From Sulfurimonadaceae bacterium (GTDB taxonomy: Bacteria; Campylobacterota; Campylobacteria; Campylobacterales; Sulfurimonadaceae), in NCBI GenBank assembly GCA_041571435.1, contig JBFFUI010000014.1, forward strand, positions 1 to 43,918: 43,918 nucleotides of DNA. The letters run 5' to 3'. Position 1 is the first letter of the stretch. Each line of letters begins with the position of its first letter. Of this stretch, positions 9,475 through 18,134 are shown in pieces. A model generated the notes under the pieces. It ran no database searches. It was not told the origin of the DNA and saw only the letters and a list, made by a program, of their open reading frames with translations. The position numbers and the translations under genes were made by a program.

Positions 9475-10116
9475 ATGAGCAATGATGTCAACGACTTCTC
9501 TCTGATTGAAGAGATCTGGCACGCGATAACACACGGTGTGGGGCTGGCGCTCAGTATTGCAGCGCTTACTATAATGGTGGCCTACTCTTCACAGAGTGGT
9601 TCAGTGATCTCGGTATTAGCCAGTATATTGTTTGGAACGACACTGATCATCCTCTACGGTTCCTCTACGCTTTACCATGCCATCACCCATCACGATATAA
9701 AAAAAAGGTTTCAACAGTTCGATCATGCCTCTATCTATATACTGATCGCAGGTTCCTACACCCATGTCACCTTGATCTCATTGGGAAATACCTTGGGGTA
9801 CACTCTGTTCGGTGTGGTCTGGGGGACCTCACTCATCGGGATCTATCTGAAGTTTGCTTATCCGGGTCGATTTGAAAAGCTCTCTTTAATCCTTTACCTT
9901 TTGTTGGGTTGGATGATTGTGATTGCGGTCAAACCGCTTATGGGTGTCATGGCTCCGGGTGGATTGTGGCTGCTGTTGGCAGGGGGGCTTCTTTACACTT
10001 TCGGTGTCATCTTCTATGTTTGGGACAATCTCCCGTTCAACCATACGATTTGGCATCTTTTTGTGATGGGTGGCAGTATTTGTCACTTTTTGATGGTTGT
10101 GCTTTATGTCATCTAA
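9475..10116 (+). CDS. Hemolysin III family (PAQR/TrhA) membrane protein
   Basis: EEIWHAITHG, SSTLYH, DHASIYILIAGSYT, HTIWHLFV; about 7 TM segments. Confidence 0.95.
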   Translation: MSNDVNDFSLIEEIWHAITHGVGLALSIAALTIMVAYSSQSGSVISVLASILFGTTLIILYGSSTLYHAITHHDIKKRFQQFDHASIYILIAGSYTHVTLISLGNTLGYTLFGVVWGTSLIGIYLKFAYPGRFEKLSLILYLLLGWMIVIAVKPLMGVMAPGGLWLLLAGGLLYTFGVIFYVWDNLPFNHTIWHLFVMGGSICHFLMVVLYVI

Positions 10117-10570
10117 AGTGTTGACACTTTACATAGACGGTGACGCTTTTCCCAACCTTTTAAAACCGATTGTGCTGCGATCGATCGAACGGCTCCGTCT
10201 GCCTACTTATGTGGTCTCAAACAAAAAGATAACATTGGGTGATTCCGACCTGGTGACCTACATCATTGTGGAGGAGGGTGCCGATGAAGCGGACCATCGT
10301 ATCGTTGAGATGGTCAAGGAAGGTGACCTTGTCATCACTGCGGACATTCCGCTGGCGGATCGGGTGATTGCCAAAAAGGCACATGCCATAGACCATCGTG
10401 GAGAACTTTATAGCGTCGACAACATCAAACAGTATCTGGCCATGCGCAATCTGATGGAGACAATAAGGGAGAGTGGAGAGATGACAAAAGGCCCTAAACC
10501 CTTCAGCCCGAAAGATGCCCACGAGTTCGCCAACCAGCTGCATCGATTCTTAAGCAAGCACTGTTCTTAA
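10106..10570 (+). CDS. YaiI/YqxD (DUF188) family protein
   Basis: YIDGDAFP, GADEADHRI, GDLVITADIPLA, GPKPFS..D...FANQL. Start moved to ATG 10106. Confidence 0.93.
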   Translation: MSSKVLTLYIDGDAFPNLLKPIVLRSIERLRLPTYVVSNKKITLGDSDLVTYIIVEEGADEADHRIVEMVKEGDLVITADIPLADRVIAKKAHAIDHRGELYSVDNIKQYLAMRNLMETIRESGEMTKGPKPFSPKDAHEFANQLHRFLSKHCS

Positions 10571-10663
10571 ATTCCGCTACTGAAACAGGTGCTGACCCTC
10601 CTACATGCTTTTTTTATAATCTCTCTTTGCTAAGATACATCATCAAAAATTATGAGGTCTCGT

Positions 10664-11389
10664 ATGCAAAAAGTTTTTATTGGGCGCAGATATGTGGGTT
10701 CGATCGAACTGCCTGATACCAAAGATGCCAAACAGCTTTTTCACCGTGTGCTAAAAGTGTATGCAACTCGCGACGCTCTCAACACCCACACCCTTTTCAG
10801 TGCCAGCAAGTTGGCACAACTGAAAAACTATCAAAAAGGCGGTGCGAGAGAAGAGCTGGCGAACCTTGAGATGTACATCGAACTCGGCAGGATCATGGGC
10901 TTTACGACGGCTGACGCCAAGCAGCTAAAAAACGATATCGAACTCATCAACGATACCGCGCATACGCATTTCAATATCAAAAAGCGTGTCACGCTCTTTA
11001 ATAAAAGAGAGAAAAGCAAAACCAACGGAAGTTACCTTTTTTGGGACATCGAAAACTTTTCGAACATCGCATCCATCTTCAATGATCTTATCGAACCGTA
11101 TGGAATAGAAGATGAAAACATCTATCTGGCGGCAAATCCTGATTCTCTCTATCTCAAGAAGAGAGAGTGGGAAGCGAACCTCTATGATTACGGCAAGACT
11201 TTGAACTCCTTTAACTTTACGAAGTGTGATCACGGTAAAAATGTGGCTGATGATCTTCTTTTGGAGACATTTGAAGCGCTTTGCCTAAAAAACAGTGATA
11301 TCTATATGATGAGTTTTGACAGGGAGCTAAAAGAACGTTTTAAAGCAGCCTGTCACAAAAGCAACAACCTTTATATCATGCATAAATAA
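10664..11389 (+). CDS. Hypothetical protein with a C-terminal divergent NYN (PIN-fold) domain
   Basis: YLFWDIEN..GKNVADDLL..MSFDRE matches the spacing of NYN acidic residues. SD GAGG favours ATG 10664 over 10652. Confidence 0.6.
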   Translation: MQKVFIGRRYVGSIELPDTKDAKQLFHRVLKVYATRDALNTHTLFSASKLAQLKNYQKGGAREELANLEMYIELGRIMGFTTADAKQLKNDIELINDTAHTHFNIKKRVTLFNKREKSKTNGSYLFWDIENFSNIASIFNDLIEPYGIEDENIYLAANPDSLYLKKREWEANLYDYGKTLNSFNFTKCDHGKNVADDLLLETFEALCLKNSDIYMMSFDRELKERFKAACHKSNNLYIMHK

Positions 11390-11497
11390 TCGAAGCAAGC
11401 AGCTTCTTAGCGCTTGTTACATAAGAGGTCTGCAGGTATATTCTTGTTTGTTTACCCAATTGTTAGACAATAAGGTAACTAAAAACAAAGGCTTTTC

Positions 11498-11917
11498 ATG
11501 CGCAATCGTATACTCTTTATCGGTAGCATTATCTTTGCTTCACAAGTTATGTTCGCAGAGACGCTGGTTGTACTGCCGCAGCCGGCGCAGATGTCGGTGC
11601 AGCAGTCCAACCTTTTTGAAAGGTGAATAGCCTCTTCGCTTGTCTCTCGAGGTCTGGAGCCTCAAGCGGCGGAAGGCTTTGCCAAAGAGAGTGTTACCGA
11701 TAGCTGTGATGCGTTGCTTTTAACACAACTTCTTGTGACCAAGACGGGGATTGAGAGCAAAAAGATATTTGACCATATCGCCACGCAGTCACTGTTTGAA
11801 AAAACGACTGACCTGAGAGACTATGACGATGTTGTTGCAATGGTCCATAAGATTAAAGGGGCATCCATAAACAGCGATGACCTTCTCGCTGTCAAAGAGT
11901 ATATCTCAATAGTCTAA
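11498..11917 (+). pseudogene. Exported hypothetical protein interrupted by one in-frame TGA (nonsense allele or recoded UGA)
   Basis: SD AAGG then ATG 11498; signal peptide MRNRILFIGSIIFASQVMFA; TGA at 11624-11626 (codon 43); the same frame stays open to TAA 11917 and includes the tracked ORF 11714-11917. Confidence 0.7.
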
Positions 11918-11939
11918 TGCGTTTTAAAATCATAAGATT

Positions 11940-11967
11940 GGAGCGGATCTAAAGAAGAGACCGCTCC
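11940..11967. terminator. Hairpin between convergent genes
   Basis: GGAGCGG(A)TCT-AAAGAAG-AGACCGCTCC stem-loop. Confidence 0.55.
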
Positions 11968-11998
11968 GCTGCCTCTTGATTTCCTCCCGGCCGTTTGG

Positions 11999-13471
11999 CT
12001 AGGCCTCTTCCAAGCGTTTGCGGACCTCTTCGAATGTTGCTGCCGAAGTAGATGAAAGATCTGACTTTCGGCTGAACAGCAAAATTGCAATGGTCGCGAC
12101 GATGAAACCGGGCAGCAGTTCGTAAAGGTCGAAAATACCCCCTTCGAGGTGTTTGTAGACGATAATCGTTACCGTTCCTGCAATCATTCCTGCGATTGCA
12201 CCGCTCTTGGTGATCCCCTTGTGATAGAGTGAGAGGATGATCAGCGGCCCGAAGGCGGCGCCGAAACCTGCCCAGGCATAGGCAACAAGTGAGAGGACTG
12301 TGGCATCTCTGTCTGTAGAGAGATACCAGGCGATGACAGCGATAGCGATGACCGTGGCACGGCCGACCCAGACCAGTTCTCTATTACCGGCGCCTGGTCG
12401 TAGCGAGGCGTGGTAGAGGTCACGGGTCAGGACCGACGACGAGACAAGCAGCTGTGAATCGACCGTACTCATGATAGCGGCGAGAATAGCGGCGAGCAGG
12501 AAGCCGGCGATCCAGGGGTTGAAAAGCAGCTGTGACATGGTGATAAAGATCTTTTCACTGTCCTGAAGGTCGATGCCGTTGGCCGCGACATAGGCAAAGC
12601 CGAAAAAGCCGACGGCCAGTGAACCGATGATGGAGAGGATCATCCAGCTCATACCGATCTGTTTGGCACGGTGCATCTCACGTTCGTCGCGTATCGACAT
12701 AAAGCGTACCAGTATATGCGGCTGGCCAAAGTACCCCAGCCCCCACGCCATAAGCGAGATGATCCCGATGAAGGAACTCCCCGTCACAAAGTCAAGATTT
12801 TGGGGTTTTATGGAACCGATAATGTTGATCGCAGCGGAGATGCCGCCGACCTCAAAGATGACCACCAGCGGTGTTACGACCAGGGCAAGCATCATCAGGA
12901 TCCCCTGGATAAAGTCGGTCCAGCTCACGGCATTGTAGCCGCCGAGGAAGGTGTAAGAGACGATGATGAAGCTTCCTACAAGTAGCGCCGTATCATAGTC
13001 AAGCCCGAAGGTCGCCTCAAAGAGTTTGGCCCCGCCGACAAGACCTGAAGAGGTGTAGAGTGTGTAAAAGAGAAGGATCACTACCGCTGTGACAATACGC
13101 AGGCTGTTGCCGCTCTCTTCGAACCGGTTGGAGAAGTAGTCGGGTATTGTGATGGCGTCGTTGAGATGGTGGGTGTAGACGCGCAGCGGTTTGGCGACAT
13201 AGTGCCAGTTCAGGTACGCTCCGATGATCAGTCCGACAGCGATCCAGCTGCCGACAATGCCGTCGCTGTAGAGCATGCCCGGAAGACCAAGCAGCAGCCA
13301 GCCGCTCATATCTGAAGCACCGGCACTCAGTGCGGTAACGCCCGGTCCGAGCCCACGTCCACCGAGCACGTAGTCGGAAAGGTTCTTTGTCTTAAAGTAA
13401 AAATAGAGCCCGATAGCGACCATAACGACCATATAGATGAGAAACGAGATAATAACAGGGAGTTCTAAGAT
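11999..13471 (-). CDS. putP: Sodium/proline symporter
   Basis: DYVLGGRGLGP..ALSAGASDMSGWLLLGLPG, WTDFIQG, GYFGQPHIL, AAIMSTVDSQLL, WAGFGAAFGP. First ATG is 13432; the probable true start is ATC 13471 (see findings). Confidence 0.96.
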   Translation of the reverse strand: MLELPVIISFLIYMVVMVAIGLYFYFKTKNLSDYVLGGRGLGPGVTALSAGASDMSGWLLLGLPGMLYSDGIVGSWIAVGLIIGAYLNWHYVAKPLRVYTHHLNDAITIPDYFSNRFEESGNSLRIVTAVVILLFYTLYTSSGLVGGAKLFEATFGLDYDTALLVGSFIIVSYTFLGGYNAVSWTDFIQGILMMLALVVTPLVVIFEVGGISAAINIIGSIKPQNLDFVTGSSFIGIISLMAWGLGYFGQPHILVRFMSIRDEREMHRAKQIGMSWMILSIIGSLAVGFFGFAYVAANGIDLQDSEKIFITMSQLLFNPWIAGFLLAAILAAIMSTVDSQLLVSSSVLTRDLYHASLRPGAGNRELVWVGRATVIAIAVIAWYLSTDRDATVLSLVAYAWAGFGAAFGPLIILSLYHKGITKSGAIAGMIAGTVTIIVYKHLEGGIFDLYELLPGFIVATIAILLFSRKSDLSSTSAATFEEVRKRLEEA

Positions 13472-16400
13472 AGTGTGTCCTTTTCTTCGAGCGCTTTGAT
13501 TCCCAGGTTACCGTAACGGTGGTAGCGGTGAGAGACGCTCTGTTCAATGTAGTAGTGCATCAGTTCGATGCGGCCATGTGCGACAAACGGTGCTGTCGCA
13601 AGGTAGTATGCTTTGTCGGCGATATCGCTGTAGATCTGCGGTGAGACATGTTCGGGTCTGAGGAAGCGGATACGTTCGAAGTTGGCAAACGAAAAGATCA
13701 GGGAGAGTTCGTTTTCCATAATGAAGTCATCCTCTTCTTCAAGCAACTGTTTCTGTTTGGCGCTTAGCCAGAAGAGCGCTTTCGAGTCGCTCTCCTCAGG
13801 TACGGAGATGGTGACCCTGGCCCCCGCCATTTTAGCGGCAGAGTAGGAACAGAGCATCTCCGTAAGCGTGTCATCATTGCCAAATCGAAGCAGTACACTT
13901 TTGACGCCAAGGTAACGCGAAACGTTGCTTTCACCGCGGATCTGGAAATAGTCATGCTCTTTAAGAAAAACTGCTTCCTGCCAATATGCAAAGTTGCCGA
14001 CGATCGTGCAGGCATTCTCGAGCTCATTCATGAAGCGTGTTTCACTTGCTTTGAGTTTTTGCAGTTTATCCAGTACCGGATTCGTCCGCTGTTCGGATGC
14101 ATGCTGTGGGTCAGCGGTGATGTTGATGAATTGGGTGACATAGTTCAGGCCACCGGCTTTCCTGCCGCTTCCGATGGCGGACTTACCCATTCCTCCGAAG
14201 GGCTGCCGAAGGACGATGGCGCCGGTTGTTGGACGGTTGATATAGAGGTTGCCTGCGAGCAGCTTCTCTTTCCACTCGTTAAGTTCACGCTCGTCAAGGG
14301 ATTCGATACCAGAGGTAAGACCGTAGCCGGTTGAATTGACGATCTCAATGGCATCATCGAGATTGTCGGCACACATTACGGAAAGTACTGGGCCAAAGAG
14401 TTCGTTGGTGTGACAGTAGTCACCCCGTTTTGTCCCCCAGCGGATGGCAGGCTTTAGCATATAGGGATTGTCGTTGTCCGCATAAGATGGCGGTAGAAGC
14501 CAGCTCTCGCCCTGGTCAAGCTGTTCGAGTGCATGGGCTAGCTTGCCTGCCGGCTTGTCGACAAGCGCACCGATTTTGTTCTGCATCTCCCAGACCGAAC
14601 CCACTTCGAGCGAAGAGGCAGCATCCAGCAGCATCGATTTGAAGGCGGCATCCTCATAGAGTTCACGTTCCAGGACCAGCAGCGAGGTGGCAGAGCATTT
14701 TTGCCCGGAATTGTTGAACGCGGACGCCAGTACATTGGCTAGTGCCTGATCACGGTCGGCCATGGCGGTGACGATGGTCGCATCCTTGCCGCCGGTCTCG
14801 GCGCTGAGATGTATATCGGGACGTGCTTTGATCATGCCGTATGCCGTTGATTCACCACCGGTGAAGATGACGAAGTCGATTTTGCTGTTGGGGATCAGGT
14901 TCTTGCCGGCCTGGCTGCCGTCACAGGGGACAAACTGAAGAGTGTTTTTGCTGACCCCGGCATTCCAGAAGCACTGACAGAGGCGGTAGGCGCTCAGTAC
15001 GGCGGCAGAAGCGGGTTTGAGGATGACCGTGTTGCCTGCTGCGAGCGCTGCCGCAATGCCGCCGGCGGGGATCGCCACCGGAAAGTTCCACGGACTGATC
15101 ACTAACCCGACCCCTTTGGGAGAGATATTTATCCCGCCAAGCGCCTCGATCTGCGCCACGCTGTAAGGATAGAAGTTGAGGAAGTCGATCGCCTCAGAGA
15201 CCTCTACATCGGTTTCGGTAAAGATCTTTCCGACCTCTGCTGCCGCAACACCGATAAGGTCGCCACGGCTTCTTCGGAGCTCGTTGGCAACGTCCATCAT
15301 GATCTTCTGACGCACTTCGGTGCTGAGCTGGCGCCATCCATCCGGATCATTCTCGGCCACGTCAACAGCATGTTGGAGGTGCTCTGCCGAAGCCTTGGCG
15401 TAACTGCCCACGACAACATCGTCGTGGTATTGTGACTTGTCGATCACATCGGCATGCTCCTCGCAAGAAACGGCTTTGCCGCCGACGACCACTTCGGCAT
15501 TGAAGCCACCGTTGCTGCCGATGTTCTGCCACTTAGCACGGATACTCTCTGCCCAGCGGCGGTTCTGTTTGAGGATAAAGTCCGTATCGCTCTCACTTTC
15601 GTAATAGTAGCTTTCAGGGTCAAATATCGGTTTCGGCTCTTCAACATTGCGGTCTTGTGTTCTGAATGGTGTCAGTACGATACTGTTCATGGCTTTGCAG
15701 GCCTGTTCAAACCCCTCTTCGAGCTCTTTCCAGGTAACTGAATCCGCTTTGAGCCCAAAACTGTGGCGCATAAAGTTACCTTGTGCCGTGTTTTCGTCAA
15801 AGCGGCGCACCAGATAGGCGACCGCATTGGTAAAGGTCTTCATCGTCGCGGTAGGCGCATAGAGTATCACCTTGATGTTTTCGTCCTTGAGTACACGGTA
15901 GGCTGCCTCGCTCATACCTTCGAGCATCTCGGCAGTGGCGTAGGCTTCGACATTGCGCTCTTTGGCAAGGGTATTGGCCAGTGCATGATCGAAAATATTG
16001 TGCGAAGCGATCCCGACATGGACACTCGGTGCTATGGCTGGATCGAGCAGATAGTCCATCAGCACTTTGTAATTAGCGTCGCTTTCGACCTTCTGTTCGT
16101 AGGTGATACAGGGCCAGCCGCGAAGACTCGCTTCAGCACGTTCCATCTCCTGGTTGGCCCCTTTGACAAGACGTACTTTGATCGGTGCACCGCCGTTTTC
16201 GACCCGTTTCAACGCCCATTTGACCAGTTTTTCAAGCTCGGCCTTAGCATCGGGCATATAACTTTGAATGACGATACCGGCGTGGTAGTGCTTGAATCGC
16301 TCCTGTGAAAGCGTTGTCATGAAGGCATCCACGGTCAGTTCAAGATCGCGGTACTCCTCCATATCGAGGTTGACAAACTTGTTTTGTCTTTGGCCGTTTT

Positions 16401-17058
16401 TGTCGATGAAGGTGTTGGCCATCGCTGCATCATATATCCGGCTGATGCGTTTGACCAGCTCGTCGACACTCCATTCGTGGGCTAGGGCATTAAGCTGAGA
16501 AAAAATGGTGGATATCTTGATAGAGATATAGTCTATCTGCTCGTGTTCAAGCGATGCAACATATTTGTCAAGTCGCTGCTGCGCCTCTTTTTCCCCTAGG
16601 ACCGCTTCGCCGATGACGTTGATGTTGACACGGGTTCCCTCTTTTCGGCGGTGTTCGATGTGTCTGAAAAGAGGGTGATCCTCACCCTTGATAACAACGC
16701 TGCTGACCTCTTCACGCAGCATCCGTATAAAAAGTGGAACGGAAAAACTCGGAATGTGGCAGCCCACTTCGCGAAAGAGCCAGATCAATACCTTCTCAAA
16801 GTCACTGAAGAAGTCGGTACCTTCATACTTATTAAAAATATATTCGATCTGGTCAGCGACACGTCTAGGTTCAGTGGAACGGAAACTTTGATCGAGCAGT
16901 TCGATCAGAAAGACTTTGTTGAGCGGGTTTTTGAGCATGCTCTCCATTGTGGCATGAAATTTTAGCTCCTCTTTGCCGCGTCTCTCCTCGATACTCTTCT
17001 GCCATGCGGTACTGAGAGCTTTGGCCTGTTCTATCAGCTCCTGTGAAATGTTCTTCAT
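13465..17058 (-). CDS. putA: Bifunctional proline dehydrogenase / glutamate-semialdehyde (P5C) dehydrogenase
   Basis: NLDMEEY, VRLVKGAN, GIASHN, YLVRRFDEN (PRODH); ISPWNFP, AETGGKD, GQKCSA, ELFGP, RQPFGG (P5CDH). No N-terminal ribbon-helix-helix domain visible. Confidence 0.97.
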   Translation of the reverse strand: MKNISQELIEQAKALSTAWQKSIEERRGKEELKFHATMESMLKNPLNKVFLIELLDQSFRSTEPRRVADQIEYIFNKYEGTDFFSDFEKVLIWLFREVGCHIPSFSVPLFIRMLREEVSSVVIKGEDHPLFRHIEHRRKEGTRVNINVIGEAVLGEKEAQQRLDKYVASLEHEQIDYISIKISTIFSQLNALAHEWSVDELVKRISRIYDAAMANTFIDKNGQRQNKFVNLDMEEYRDLELTVDAFMTTLSQERFKHYHAGIVIQSYMPDAKAELEKLVKWALKRVENGGAPIKVRLVKGANQEMERAEASLRGWPCITYEQKVESDANYKVLMDYLLDPAIAPSVHVGIASHNIFDHALANTLAKERNVEAYATAEMLEGMSEAAYRVLKDENIKVILYAPTATMKTFTNAVAYLVRRFDENTAQGNFMRHSFGLKADSVTWKELEEGFEQACKAMNSIVLTPFRTQDRNVEEPKPIFDPESYYYESESDTDFILKQNRRWAESIRAKWQNIGSNGGFNAEVVVGGKAVSCEEHADVIDKSQYHDDVVVGSYAKASAEHLQHAVDVAENDPDGWRQLSTEVRQKIMMDVANELRRSRGDLIGVAAAEVGKIFTETDVEVSEAIDFLNFYPYSVAQIEALGGINISPKGVGLVISPWNFPVAIPAGGIAAALAAGNTVILKPASAAVLSAYRLCQCFWNAGVSKNTLQFVPCDGSQAGKNLIPNSKIDFVIFTGGESTAYGMIKARPDIHLSAETGGKDATIVTAMADRDQALANVLASAFNNSGQKCSATSLLVLERELYEDAAFKSMLLDAASSLEVGSVWEMQNKIGALVDKPAGKLAHALEQLDQGESWLLPPSYADNDNPYMLKPAIRWGTKRGDYCHTNELFGPVLSVMCADNLDDAIEIVNSTGYGLTSGIESLDERELNEWKEKLLAGNLYINRPTTGAIVLRQPFGGMGKSAIGSGRKAGGLNYVTQFINITADPQHASEQRTNPVLDKLQKLKASETRFMNELENACTIVGNFAYWQEAVFLKEHDYFQIRGESNVSRYLGVKSVLLRFGNDDTLTEMLCSYSAAKMAGARVTISVPEESDSKALFWLSAKQKQLLEEEDDFIMENELSLIFSFANFERIRFLRPEHVSPQIYSDIADKAYYLATAPFVAHGRIELMHYYIEQSVSHRYHRYGNLGIKALEEKDTLS

Positions 17059-17352
17059 CTGCGTCCTTTTGTACCACTCAATAAGACAATCAGTTTTCGA
17101 AATGATCTTGCCTTATCGTTATATAGGGCACTGCAGTCCAAAACAGTGCTTCTTAAAACGATATGGATTTTTGAAAGTTTCCCGATTGTATCGTTTTTCT
17201 TAGCACATTGCAAACGGCAGGGTCAAGACCTTCGATAGCGGTAACATGACAATACTTGGCTGCAGATGTGATGGAAATTTTTGATGCTGCTGAAACCAGA
17301 CATTACTATAATCAACTCTACAGATAGACAGAATGACTGTTATCACCAAACG

Positions 17353-18039
17353 TTAAAACGGAAAGGAAAGGCCTGCCAGAAAATGGTTGGTCTTGAGATT
17401 CGTATGGATGCTTTCGCCGCCAAAAAGAACAAGGTCATCATCAGTGCTATCATAGTCAATAGATAATGAGGTGTATCGGTATTCTGCAAAAAGAGATACA
17501 CGGCTGTGTACGGACCATAAAAGACCAGTGCTAAGATCTAACCCCATACCATAGCCTGAACCACTCATGGCTTTACCTAATGCAGACTTTTCGCTGACGC
17601 TAATTTCAGACTCATGCATCAGTATACCCATGCCAAAATAGGGCTGGAATGTGTCGCCCGGATAGCGAAACATCGCGTTGAATGCAATGGCAACGGTGGT
17701 CGATTCGGTATTCTCTCCGTGGGCACGAAAGCCAAAAATATCCACACTGCCGCCCAGCCACGAATAGTTGGAGCCTTCTTTAAGTGTTTTCTCTGGATCC
17801 ATCCATGAATTGTCTTCAGGGTCAAAGCATCCGACGATCCTCATGCCAAACAGACCTGAGCTGCCGTCAATTGTTTCAGAGGCAGAGACCGATGATCCGA
17901 TCCACGGGTACTGTGTTGCAGTAACAGTTGCTGAAGCGGTGTCGGAATAACCGCCATAAATGTCCACCATTTTTTGCGCAGAGACGAGCTGTGGCAGAAA
18001 CAAGATTGAAAAAAATAACGTAAGCCATCTTTTAGCCAT
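17353..18039 (-). CDS. Small outer-membrane beta-barrel protein
   Basis: Signal peptide; alternating beta-strand patterns FQPYFGMG and LFAEYRY; terminal aromatic strand HFLAGLSFPF. Confidence 0.8.
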   Translation of the reverse strand: MAKRWLTLFFSILFLPQLVSAQKMVDIYGGYSDTASATVTATQYPWIGSSVSASETIDGSSGLFGMRIVGCFDPEDNSWMDPEKTLKEGSNYSWLGGSVDIFGFRAHGENTESTTVAIAFNAMFRYPGDTFQPYFGMGILMHESEISVSEKSALGKAMSGSGYGMGLDLSTGLLWSVHSRVSLFAEYRYTSLSIDYDSTDDDLVLFGGESIHTNLKTNHFLAGLSFPF

Positions 18040-18134
18040 GCCAATCCTTTATGCATCAGTTTATACGCTGTTAAACTGTGCTTTACGAAGACCGTTTTGT
18101 GTTCAACAACCTTTCACTCCCTTGCAGCGCGCTA

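Noticed and set aside
11425..11432. Second GAGGTCTG copy about 220 nt upstream of the SECIS-like one
   Set aside because: An 8-mer match with no associated UGA or stem; compatible with chance.
11448..11630. Tracked 60-aa ORF MFTQLLDNK...
   Set aside because: TTG start without an SD; it overlaps the better-supported frame starting at 11498.
11714..11917. Tracked 67-aa ORF as an independent gene
   Set aside because: It is the in-frame 3' part of 11498-11917 and has no SD of its own.
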